Origin: Octopus sinensis
Lineage: Eukaryota
DNA length: 64,000 nt
Direction: 5' to 3'
Assembly (NCBI RefSeq): GCF_006345805.1
Contig: NC_042998.1
Location: 119,846,001 to 119,910,000, forward strand
A program made the translations under genes and the position numbers. The notes beneath the pieces were generated by a model. It saw only the letters and a list, made by a program, of their open reading frames with translations. It made no database searches and had not been told where the DNA came from. Below are positions 12,144 to 23,275 of this stretch, in pieces. Every line of letters starts with the position of its first letter. Positions within the stretch are counted from its first letter, which is position 1.

Positions 12144-13049
12144 CGGTGTGTGATGCATTCCATTACTTGATAAATGAAAATGTGTAAACAAATGACATAA
12201 CGTATACTGAATGTAAAAACAAATGGGAGACAAACAGAAAGTCCATAATTCAACAGTTATCGACCAATGATGCTTTTCAGTTTTGCACCTTTAATGATAA
12301 GACTGAATGCTTCCCAATTGGCGGAGCCTGCAAAAGAATAGTTTTCTTGTGTAGAATTAGGGATAAGAGCAGACAAAACAAGCAAAATGATACAGAGTGT
12401 GATCTAGGACGGTGGGCGAGGACAAACAGTCAAACAAAATACGGCCTCGGGGCCAAGAAGACGAGAATAGCGGGTAATGCTTAGACCATGTTTTGAACGA
12501 TGGAGAATGGAGAGACAGAATTTGCGATTGATCAGCTTACGGACCAGTCTAAGAAAGGAAGAAAAAGAGGAAATGGCTGCTGGTCACATGACAGCTGCAA
12601 GCAGAGGAGATAGACAGCAGGGAGAGGGAATGACAGAGAAAAAAGGGGAAGTGGATGAAGAGGAAGGAGAAAAGCTAGGAATACAAGAGGAAGAAAGGCT
12701 AGGAATATAAGAGGGGAAAGGTTAGGAGTATAAGAGGGAGAGAGAGAAAGAGTATGTAGAATAAAGTGACAAGGTGAGAGAAAGAAAAGGGGAAAGAATG
12801 AAGGCAAGAGAGCGAGAGAGAGAGAGTCACAAGGGTATATATAAAACTTAGTTGTTAATACAAATTCGATGTGTGTTGTTTTCCATTACTTGATAAATGA
12901 AAAATGTATAAACAAACAACATAATGTATACTGAATGTAAAAACAAACGGGAGACAAATAGAAAGTTCATAATTCTTCATCAGTTATCGACCAATGGTAC
13001 TTTTCAGTTTCATACCTTTAACGATAAGACTGAAAGCTTCCCAATTGGC
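12141..13049. repeat. Diverged direct repeats of about 185 bp (12141-12322, 12864-13049) flanking a purine-rich spacer
   Basis: Shared ttccattacttgataaatg...ttatcgaccaatg...gcttcccaattggc. Confidence 0.85.
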
Positions 13050-13345
13050 AGTGCAGGTTCTTGGTATAGAGCAAACTTGGTAGCACTCAAATGATTCAAA
13101 CTTAGACTCTGATGTCTTTACCAGGGACCAATTCTGCAGGAATCCAAGTGAGCAGATGTGGAGGTAATTATGCGGATGAACAAATTAAAAATAACAACTT
13201 GAATTTGATATACAATATATATATATAATAATATAAATAATCTATATATATACCATCTTGTTTTTGTTACCACTTTGACCCTACGCAAAAAATCCCAAAT
13301 TTTATTTAATTTGCTTTGCGGGAAGGACTGTTTTAATGAAGTCGC

Positions 13346-13475
<130 letters not shown>

Positions 13476-13537
13476 TTATATTATCATATGATCAAACGCC
13501 ACGCATCCATTTCCAAGTAAATTTTATCTATATATAT

Positions 13538-14912
13538 ATCATCATCGTTTAGCGTCCGCTTTCCATGCTAGCATGGGTTGGACGGTTCAACTGGGGTCTG
13601 GGAAGCCAGAAGGCTACACCAGGCCCAGTCTGATCTGGCAATGTTTCTACGGCTGGATGCCCTTCCTAACGCCAACCACTCTGTGAGTGTAGTGGGTGCT
13701 TTTTACGTGCCACCGGCACAGGTGCCAGACAAGGCTAGCAAACGGCCACAATTGGATGGTGCTTTTTACGTGCCACCGGCATGAGGCCAGTCAGGGTGGC
13801 ACTGGCAACGGCCACGTTCGGATGGTTTTCTTACGTACCACCGGCACTGGTATCACAGCTGCAATTTCTGTTGATGTAGATCGATTTTGATTTTCACTTG
13901 CCTCAACAGGTCTTCACAAGTAGAGTTTTGTGTCCCAAGAAAGAAAGGTATGCATAAGTGGATTGGCTACATCCCAGGTAGAGGCCACGGGTTATGGTCT
14001 CACTTGTCCTGCCTGGTCTTCTCATGCACAGCATACTTCCAAAGGTCTCGGTCTCTAGTCATTTCCTCGGTGAGACCTAAAGTTCGAAGGTCGTGCTTCA
14101 CCACCTCATGCCAGGTTTTCCTGGGTCTGCCTCTTCCACAGGTTTCCTCAACTGCTAGGGTGTGGCACTTTTTCACACAATTATCTTCATCCATTCTCAC
14201 CACATGAACCATACTAGCGCAAACGTCTCTTGCATACCACAACTGATGCTTCTTAGGTCCAACTTTTCTCTCAAGGTACTTACACTCTAGCAAGTATGAA
14301 CACTGATATTACACATCCATCGGAGCATACTGGCTTCATTTCTTGCGAGCTTACGCATATCCTCAGCAGTCATGGCCCATGTTTCACTGCCATGTAGCAT
14401 GGCTGTTCGTACACATGCGTCATACAGTCTGCCTTTTACTCTGTGCGAGAGGCCTTTTGTCACCAGCAGAGGTAAGAGCTCTCTGAACTTTGCCCAAGCT
14501 ATTCTTACTCTAGCAGTTACACTTTCAGCACACCCGCCCCCGCTACTGACTTGGTCACCTAGGTAACGGAAGCTATCAACTATTTCTAGTTTTTCTCCCT
14601 GGAATGTGGCGGAAGTGCTCTCAGAGCATTTTCAGTGTTTATTGCTCCTGAGCATCTGCCACATACAAAAACTATCCCAGATAAGGGATTGGGGGACCCT
14701 GTCGAAAGCTTTCTCCATGTCAATGAAAGCCAGGTACAGGGACTTATCTTTTGCTAGGTATTTCTCCTGCAGCTGCCTTACCAGGAATATAGCATTAGTG
14801 GTACTCTTCCCTGGCACGAACCCAAACTGCATCTCATCTAAACTAACTCTCTCTCTAATTAGTTGGGCTATGACCCTCTCCGTAACCTTCATTACCTGAT
14901 CCAACAGCTTGA
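13538..14912 (-). mobile_element. RTE-clade LINE, 5'-truncated and internally deleted
   Basis: RT N-terminal motifs YRGIKLL, QFGFVPGKSTTNAIF and AFIDMEKAFDRVP (14690-14912) are joined almost directly to C-terminal FRYLG, WAKFRELLPLL and GRGRPRKTW; (ATC)n tail at 13538. Confidence 0.9.
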
Positions 14913-16024
14913 TACCTCTGTAAACAAAAAGAAAGCGAAGACTGAAGATTTCAGATGATGAATATTTAAGTATAAATATATAGATATTCACATATCAATA
15001 AATCGAACTTACACAGCATACAAACGACAGAGAAAATTGAAGTGGGGGAGAGAAGGTGTTGCAAAACCAACAACTGTTTCTGGGGGTTTGGAGATCCATC
15101 CTAATGTTGGTATATGTTGTTCACCAAAATATACAGCCTGTAGTGGAAGCAAATAAACACTGGATAATTCAAGCCTCCATCATCAGGGTAGAAACAAAAT
15201 CTTACATTTCAGATCATGATGCAGAGAAGTTTAATTTGTTTATACACATAATTGCCTACATATGTGTGTGTTTGTTTGTGTGTGTGTGTGTGTGTGTCTG
15301 TGTGTGTATGGGTGCAGCATGGCTGTGTGATTGAGAAGTTTGTTGTTTCTTAATGACATGGTTGTAGGTTTGGTCCCAAAGCATGTTATCTTGGACAAGT
15401 GTCTCCTACTACAGTCCCTGGACAACCAAAGCCTTGTGAATAGATTTGGGAAGTGGGAACTGGTGGGAAAATTAGTTGCATAAACATCTCTTGATGTGAC
15501 TTCTCTCTAGTCACTACAATGCAGGTTTGATCTTGATATGTCAATTAATTTGTCATTATGTTTATGTTGATTTATAGTTACAACCATGGCTGATTTATAT
15601 ATTATTTGTTACTTCATCAATACTCACTTGTCTATTCAACAGAACCATATCAAGGACTCATTCAATGTCATCAACACAAGGCATGGCTAAGGATTTGGCT
15701 CCTTCTTGATGCAGGACACTTATGCAACTAGTTTCAAAATTTTTCAATCCATTTGTAGACAAGTTCTCGAACCTATGCTCTGTTTCTATATTGTGCGAAA
15801 AGTCTTTGATGGATTTCAATCCTTGATACACCTTCAGCTCACGAAAAGCAGATCACTGAATGCTCCTCCTTTCTTTGGAACAAGCAGAAAGCAGAAAGTC
15901 CATGCTTAATGTAATAACAACGACCACTTAATTGATTTATCAAATTCAAATCTGCACCTAAGTGATTATAGTCCCCTTCCCCCAACTCGCCCCATGGTGA
16001 GTAATTATTATTCCCACTCATAAG

Positions 16025-16318
16025 TGTAGTGTGTGCACGATTTGAATATAGAGGCACCTACCTTCTCTTCTTAGTGACGGAGACCCTCCAGTTGTGACTA
16101 GTCCTTCCACACAGCCCCGACCCGAACACTAACAATAGCAGCTGCTAGCCCAAACCCTTAGCGACGTCCTCACACGTCTTGTCACCTGCATGACCCACGT
16201 TGGAAAGGGCGCAATTCCCCGCTCCCTGCGCACGCCTGACAGCTGACCCCTTCCGGTTGCCCCAGCTTCCGGTCAACGCACCCGGCTGCTGACGTCTAGC
16301 TGCTGACGTCATCCCACA
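16025..16318 (-). repeat. 3' LTR (294 bp, includes a 14-bp internal duplication)
   Basis: Aligns with 19528-19807 with 10 substitutions and one 14-bp indel. Confidence 0.97.
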
Positions 16319-16331
16319 CCCCACCCTGATC

Positions 16332-17290
16332 TTAAAGTTCACAATCTCTCCGCTCCATGTTGTAGTCCACCATCCAACCGGGAGAGCGCCTTGCTCGTCG
16401 AGATCTTCTCAAGCTGGGCTCCTCGTTCTCCCCCTCTCCAGAATCATCGTCCGTCGAAGCAACAATCCTGCAATGGTCCAAGACGTGTCGTGGTGTTCCA
16501 TCTACGGATATGTTGCTTCTGGAATTGATCGCCGTCACCGTTCCTCTGCTCCATTGAGACGTACAGCGCGCCTTTGGTGGCTTGACCCAGACTTCCTCCC
16601 CTATTTTCACGCGAACGGGTCCCTTCTCTTCCTCGTGACCCTCCGGCGCTTTGCTCGGGTGCCTCCATTCATATTTGAACACAGCTCTCTGCGGCACAGA
16701 TTCCTCAGCCTGTCCGGATCGGGGAGACAAGTTGTACCAAAAAACTGCTTCCAGCGACGAAATGTGCCCTCTTTCCGCTATGGCCTTGACTGTCCGATGG
16801 TGCCTCTCCACGATCCCGTAACCGCTCGGCCTATACGCTGCTCTGAACAAGCGTCGCACATTCCACCGATCAAGCATAACCCTCGATGCTTCCGAACGAA
16901 ACGCCGCCCCGTTGTCCATCAGTAGTTCTTCCACGGAACCTCTCTCTAAAAATATCCCGTTCAGGATCTGCGTGATCTCGTCAGTAATGCCCGATCTCAA
17001 CTCCCTCCAAATGGCCAGCCGGCCCGGCCCGCAGTCGACTATGGAGAGGTACATTCGCTGACGGTAGTGTGTCACATCCACAGCTAGCCTTTTCCAGTTC
17101 TGCTCCACGGAAAGGCTTCCCTGTTCATGCCCACACGGAGCAGGGTCGATGGACTGACACTGGAGCAGCTCCCGACCACCTTCTGGACGCTTCTCCTAGT
17201 GACGTCAGCATCAATTTTTTTCGCCAGATACAGGGTCCTGTCCACACCCAGGTGATGCATAGCATGCAGTTTCTTCAGTTCAGAGTCATC
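16332..17290 (-). pseudogene. Integrase (HHCC + DDE), 1-bp frameshift near 17160
   Basis: HAMHHLGVDRT; frame-corrected CxxCQSIDP; RLAVDVTHY; LMDNG; GIVERHHRTVK. Confidence 0.92.
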
Positions 17291-18260
17291 CAACCGACAC
17301 GCCGCAGCTATCCCTTTCCGGGCCTCCTCCGGTTCTTCCAACCACGCTCTTTTCACCCTGGTCAGTACGTCCGCCCTGTTTTTCTCCGAAGGTACGAAAA
17401 CCACGTTCAGCTTCAGTCCGAACTCGGCGATCAATTTACCTAGAACTCCTAGACGGCGCTTCACTAACATCTCCGTGCGCAGCCATCCAGCGATCGGGTA
17501 GTGACCGACCAACTTTCCACACACCGAGAACAGCTCTCTCCTGCTGACGCTAGAACTCAGCTCTGGGTTTTCATTTCCTCTCCGGAACACCAATTCACTT
17601 GATCCATCTCTTTGCAGCTTCAGCCCCAGCACGGCTCCCCCTTCAATCGACTCCGGTGGCTTAGCAATCAGTCCGAACTTCTCCAGATGTCTAACTACCT
17701 CGTCGGCTGGCACTACAGTTTCGTCCACCAAAATGTCGTCAATGTAGGAGCTGGTGGCCTTTCTATTCTTGCCGTCTTTCCCTAGGACGGACCTAAGCAC
17801 TGCCGCCATGATCTTCGGAGCGGAATTCAACCCGAAACCCAGCCTGGTTAGACAGTACGTCCGGCCCTTGTACCGCACCAGCTGATATCGCCACAGTTTG
17901 TCGCTCACATGGAGCTGCAAGTATGCCGATCTCAAGTCGACAATCGTCACTGCCTCAGTCGACTGTCTCCACTTACGTAATGCCTCGCCACAAACGTCTG
18001 TTGCCTCACCTCCCGCGTGACATGATATGTGCTGGTTTAGCTCCCTGAAGTCCAGCACCGGTCTGACTTTTCCCTTTGTAAGCTGCACCACCGCCATCAG
18101 GGGTAGCACTCCGCCCGCTACCTCCTCCTTCCAAGGGACAAGGACCCCTTCCTTGATCCACCTCGTCTTCAAACTCGACCCTGGCGTGGCCTTTCAGGGT
18201 ATGCTGGTAACAGCTCACCCTGTTCTCCAGTGTCGGGGGCTCGTCCTTCCATCGTCACCC
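17290..18260 (-). pseudogene. Reverse transcriptase with deleted RNase H core
   Basis: VRPVLDFRELN, VDLRSAYLQL, RLGFGLNSAP, YIDD; TGA at 18255-18257; frameshift near 18165; GWLR joined directly to TEMLVKRRL. Confidence 0.92.
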
Positions 18261-18773
18261 TATCGTCCACCGCTGACCATCGAACGCCGCCTGAAAGTCT
18301 TTGTCCTCGATGGTGTAAGCGGCACAGTCCCTCGCGGGGCTCTGCTCTCTCTGGCGATCCTGACTCGCAGTGCACGACGCCCCCACGCTTCCGAACGTGA
18401 CCTCATTTCCCACAACACTGACGCCACCGAGGCAGTTGATGGCGTCCATCCCCATCACCACATCAACTCCATCTATCACGCGTTCGGCCACAATTGCCTG
18501 CAGCCTTAGCGTCGCGCCGCGCACCACTATCTCTACCTTGCTGCTGCCTCTGCAACGGATTTCGCTGCCGTCGACCGCCCGGACACTACTTACCCCGTTC
18601 CATTCCTTCGTCACCTTCGAAGTCACCAGGGTGGTCGTACAGCCCGTATCCACAAGGGCCTTGAACGTCTCCCCCTCGGCCTCCACGTCAATCAATGGCA
18701 GCGTCTCCAATAGCGCCTCTACTCGTTTGCGGGGAAAGTTCGAGAGGCAGCAACTTCCCCGCGGTCGTTTCCC
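18255..18773 (-). CDS. Aspartic protease region of pol, in the -1 frame relative to gag
   Basis: ALVDTGC active-site motif and VVMGMD flap-like motif. Confidence 0.9.
   Translation of the reverse strand, partial: GKRPRGSCCLSNFPRKRVEALLETLPLIDVEAEGETFKALVDTGCTTTLVTSKVTKEWNGVSSVRAVDGSEIRCRGSSKVEIVVRGATLRLQAIVAERVIDGVDVVMGMDAINCLGGVSVVGNEVTFGSVGASCTASQDRQREQSPARDCAAYTIEDKDFQAAFDGQRWTIG
18715..18773 (-). promoter_or_regulatory. -1 programmed ribosomal frameshift signal (G GGA AAC plus H-type pseudoknot)
   Basis: The heptamer at 18773-18767 is in the gag frame; stem 1 GCGGGGAAGTT/AACTTTCCCCGC; stem 2 GCCTCT/AGAGGC. Confidence 0.85.
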
Positions 18774-19486
18774 TGGTCGCAATCACGGGCAATGTGCCCT
18801 GTCTGCCTGCATCGATAGCAAACGGGCCCTGGCTGCATACAGTCCTGCGCCATGTGCGGTCCCTGGCATCTAAAACACCGTCCTGAGAACGGCCGCTCTC
18901 GTTGCACGGTAAGCTTCTGTACCTCTTTCTCGGGACGTCGTCCGTCTTTACGCGCCTCCGTCACTGCCATCGCTATCGCCTTTCGCCCAGAGTGTCTCGT
19001 CAACACGCGAGCCTGAGCCACAAGTTCGCTCAGCGGCATCTTTTTAATCCCGGGCAGTCGTTGTAGGTGAATCCCTACATCGTCGGGGAAACCATTGACA
19101 AACGCCAGCTGGGCTGCTCTCTCCAGCCCTTCTCCCGCAAACCCGGCCAGAGTCGCTAGCCTTCTAACTTCTGATGCAAAGTCGTCCACTTGGCCTCCCG
19201 TCCACCTGATTGCACCTAGCTTAGCAAAAGCTGTGTACTCGCATTCCATGTAGGCATCACGCAAGCGTCGCTCTATATTCTCCTCGCTGAGCCGTTCCTC
19301 TTCATCCATCTCTAGGTATAGCGTTAACGCGCTCCCTTCTAAATACAGCGCCATAAGACTCGCCACATCGCTTATGCCCTGCAGTCTTGCCACCAGCCTG
19401 ATTTTGCGAATCCAGGCCACTACATCGCCTTCGCCATTAAAAGGTCTGATGACGTCACTGGCGATCCTAATTTTTGCAGACAGCGT
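18719..19486 (-). CDS. Gag with two CCHC-type zinc knuckles
   Basis: FNGEGDVVAWIRK; CFRCQGPHMAQDC and CYRCRQTGHIARDC. No ATG at the start; ACG at 19486 may be a mutated ATG. Confidence 0.9.
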   Translation of the reverse strand, partial: TLSAKIRIASDVIRPFNGEGDVVAWIRKIRLVARLQGISDVASLMALYLEGSALTLYLEMDEEERLSEENIERRLRDAYMECEYTAFAKLGAIRWTGGQVDDFASEVRRLATLAGFAGEGLERAAQLAFVNGFPDDVGIHLQRLPGIKKMPLSELVAQARVLTRHSGRKAIAMAVTEARKDGRRPEKEVQKLTVQRERPFSGRCFRCQGPHMAQDCMQPGPVCYRCRQTGHIARDCDQGNDRGEVAASRTFPANE

Positions 19487-19515
19487 GTTGAAAAAAATGT
19501 AAATGTTTAAGAACG

Positions 19516-19527
19516 GCCGAAATAGCT
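19516..19527 (-). other. Non-canonical primer-binding site complementary to tRNA-Phe nt 1-12
   Basis: The plus strand reads GCCGAAATAGCT, the recalled 5' end of metazoan tRNA-Phe(GAA), directly abutting the LTR. Confidence 0.7.
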
Positions 19528-19807
19528 TGTTGTGTGTGCGCGATTTGAATATAGAGGCACCTACCTTCTCTTCTTAGTGACGGAGACCCTCCAGTGGTGA
19601 CTAGTCCTTCCACACAGCCCCGACCCGAACACTAACGATAGCAGCTGCTAGCCCAAACCCTTAGCAACGTCCTCACACATCTTGTCACCTGCACGACCCA
19701 CGTTGGAAAAGGCGCAATTCCCCGCTCCCTGCGCACGCCTGACGGCTGACCCCTTCCGGTTTCCCCAGCTTCCGGTCAACGCACCCGGCTGCTGACGTCA
19801 TCCCACA
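19528..19807 (-). repeat. 5' LTR (280 bp)
   Basis: Paired with 16025-16318; followed by TSD ATAAG. Confidence 0.97.
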
Positions 19808-20859
19808 ATAAGAAAATATAAAAAGTGCATTGCAAATAACTGGTCATTATGAAGCTGTTTAGTTTCTTTGTCAATAAGCATTTTATCAAAAGGAGAAAAG
19901 TGAGAGATTTATTCCCTCTGTTTATCCCTTCATATTCCTGAAATGAAAAGAGACAACATTGAATATTGAAGACCACTTCTTTTTGAGGGGTACAAGGCAA
20001 CCTCACCAATATTAGTGCCATGATAAAATGCATCCAGCATATTCTGTAAAGCAGTTGGTGAACAAGTAGAGGAAAATGTAGGGTCAAGAGGACCCTTTAG
20101 TCTTGTTGAGTGCATGACAACTCTGTTAATTTTACCTTGATAAAATGTGCCAGTACTTTCTCTAAAGGGATGGAAAAATATACAACTATAGAAAGCATGC
20201 CAAAAATAAGAGCATGAGTGAAAAGTCCCCTCCCCACTCAACCCATTTAAGAAGATATTTACTCTGAATAATAATTGTCTAGCATTATGAAGGCACATCC
20301 AATCCATGGCAGCATGGAAAGCTGACATACAATGTATATACATGTATAAACATCTATAAGAATAATAAAAGTTGAGTGAGTTGTGCGTATGTATGCATGT
20401 AAACAAACATAAACACTGATACCCACATACACATATATACGGCATAGTGTTTCTATTTCATGTACTCACATGATATAAAATGTATCTAAAAATTATTATA
20501 AGAAGCAAACACACACACACACACTCTCTCTCTCCCTTATTATTCTGTAATGGCACTGAATAAAAAAACAGAAATCATTCAGCTTTTATGTTATTCTGGA
20601 GCTTCACTCAAGTGCTGTTAACTTGTTAAGATTATACACAATATATATTGAGGTTACAGAACACTGAGAAATTGTGTTTGCCTAACATCAAAATATCAGC
20701 TATTCCTACTCACAGAATTCCATGCATAAAATTTTCATTTCAAAAATGAACTGGAAATAATTTCCTTTTTTTTTTATTTAATGATTGATAATTATGTAGC
20801 AATGTAAGGGTTGTGTTGCTGGGTAAAACTGTCCAACTTGGGTGATTACCTTTAAATAA

Positions 20860-22365
20860 TTGTCTGTCTTGACAATGGTGTTACTCCAGAGCAGTGGAAA
20901 ACTGCCAGTGTTATCTCTCTGTTCAAAAAAGGTAACCGCACATCATCTGTCAACTATCGCCCCGTTAGTCTTACTAGCTGCATCGCCAAACTGATGGAAT
21001 CCTGTGTCAGGGAAACCCTCTGGAACTTCTGAAAGTCTCACTGCCTCATCCAGCCGTCACAATTTGGATTTATTCCTAACTCCAGCTGCTGTAATCAACT
21101 CATCGAGTTTCTTGAGGACATTACCCAAATCACTGATCGCGGATCCTGGGTGGATGTTGTTTACCTGGACTTTGCTAAGGCCTTTAACTCTGTGCCACAC
21201 AAAAGACTTATGGTGAAACTCTCTGCATTGGGCGTAAGTGACGAACTCTATAACTGGTTAAAGTCCTTTATTTTTGGCCAAAAAGAGGTTGTCACAGTTC
21301 TAGGACAGCACTCTTCACCCTATGAGATGACATCTGGTGTACCACAGGGATCTGTTCGTGGCCCCCTTTTATTTGTTGCATATGTTAATGACATAGATGC
21401 CAACTTAAAGAATGCCACAGTGCTGAAATATGCAGATGACATCAAGCTGTACCTCGAAATAAAGAGGTCAGATCCTGTACACTATAGATCTCTATTGCAA
21501 GCAGACCTGGACACAATGCAGCAGTGGATCATGGACTGGCAACTCAAGCTGGCTGTGGACAAATGTACCACCATGAATTTTGGGAGGAGAAACCCAGTGT
21601 CCACTTACTCCCTCCACAACACTAATCTCAAAAAGTCTTCATGTGAACGTGACCTGGGTGTTATTGTCAACAGCGATTTGCGTTGGACAAAACACATCGC
21701 TAAAATTGCCAAGAAGGCTGAGGGTGTCTTGGCATCTCTCACCAAATCCTTTGTGAGCCGCTCTCCAGCTATCTATCTGCGGCTTTATATAGCTATGGTA
21801 AGACCTCATCTGGAATTTACATCACCGGTCTGGAACCCCTATCTTGCCCAGGATATTAATCATCTGGAAGCCGTTCAGCGAAGTGCAACCAAAAGAATAC
21901 CCTCCATCAGGCATTTGCCATATTCTGAACACCTTACTTCCCTGGCAGCTGACTTGGCAGACACCCATAAAATTATTAACCATCTTACAAACTATAACTC
22001 TGAGCACCTTTTCAAACTCCACCCGTCTAACACCCGTGGACATATTTACAAAGTCAGAAAACAGCACAGCTCCCATGACTTCAGGAAACATTTTTTCATG
22101 CTAAGAGTTGCTGAAGCATGGAACAAACTGCTGGCATCAGTTGTTAGTTGTCGGAGCACTGCATCCTTCAAAACTTCCATGCTTTCTGAGATTCGCCAAC
22201 ACTACACCTGATTTTCTCCCCTCCATACACACACAAGCATGTATCTGACTCATACATTGTTTGCTTTCCAGACATTTGTACATTACTGCATATACTTTAT
22301 ATGCACTTTCTGACAAGTTGTGGTGCACCTGAGCACTGTACACAATAATTTCATTCATTCATTCA
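20860..22365 (+). mobile_element. CR1-clade LINE, 5'-truncated, with (TTCA)n tail
   Basis: NYRPVSLTS, QFGF, YLDFAKAFNSVPH, GVPQGS, YADD, RDLGV, RPHLEF, TRGH, RVAEAWNKL; in-frame TGA near 21030. Confidence 0.93.
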
Positions 22366-22994
22366 AGTACTGTACGCTGTGTTTTGTAGCAGAGGTAGGA
22401 ATGAAGTAGTTGGGAACAAGGCACTGTTTGTTTTGTCTGTGTATGGAATTTGGGTCTTTTAGGCCCCCATTTTTTAATATAATTTCTACATGTCTCTGGT
22501 AGTTGCCTTAAATGTTTAAATGTTTGAGATAATTATTCTTCATATGATTTAATTTCTCAAATTATTAACTTTATAGAGATGAAATATTTTTTAACATCTG
22601 CATTAGGTTGTAGGTGAGTTTGCTCTATGATCATTATTTTTTTCCTGAATATCTGTATGATATTGGATTGATTCAAATAACATTTATCTCTAAACTACTA
22701 CTAATAATAATGGTTTCAAATTTTGGCACAAGGCCAGCAGTTTTAAGGGCGTGAGTAAGTGGCAATATTAAGCTGATATCAGAATTAAACTTACTGATTT
22801 GGTTTTCAGTATGTCTATATGTACTGCTTCTTTGATATTTCTAAGTTTCTACCATGGGTTTTTCACCTTCCTTCTCCTATTGGGGTACCCAAGTATTTCC
22901 TCTATTGTAAGACAACTATCTCTATCTGTCTATTATACTCTAGCCTCTCACCTGGCTCACAGCCACTTCCTTTGAATCCATGCCTTCTCTCAAC

Positions 22995-23275
22995 TAAGAG
23001 GTCTTTGTCTTGCAAACTACTTGGTGATCCCACTGGTGCTTGTGCCATGTAAAAAGCACCTGTGTGGATGCCGCATAAAGAGCATCAGTGCTGGTGTCAC
23101 ATAAAAAGTACTCAGTACACTTTCTAAAGTGGTTAGTGTTAGGAAGGGCATCCAGCAGTAGAAACCATGCCAAAACTGATAATTAGAACCTGGTGTAGCT
23201 CTGTGGCTTGCAAGTTCCAGTCAAACCATCCAACCCATGCCAGCATGGAAACAGACGTTAAATGATGAAGATGGT
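22995..23275 (+). mobile_element. RTE-type 3' module on a non-coding pyrimidine-rich body
   Basis: GTTAGGAAGGGCATCCAGC block and atgatg tail. A second degenerate tail lies at about 23490-23668. Confidence 0.75.

Larger units (their letters stand above)
16025..19807 (-). mobile_element. Gypsy (Mag-like) LTR retrotransposon provirus, 3783 bp, defective
   Basis: LTRs at 16025-16318 and 19528-19807 (TGT...ACA); TSD ATAAG at 16020-16024 and 19808-19812; order gag-PR-RT-(RH)-IN; PPT agggtgggg on the minus strand next to the left LTR. Confidence 0.97.

Noticed and set aside
16473-18873. Plus-strand ORFs inside the provirus (150, 124, 160 and 167 aa)
   Set aside because: Antisense shadows of GC-rich gag-pol sequence with no independent motifs.
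19930-20445. 171-aa minus-strand ORF, the longest non-TE ORF in the left half
   Set aside because: Begins in (TG)/(TA)-rich low-complexity sequence and has no recognisable domain; only short internal segments are considered as candidate exons.
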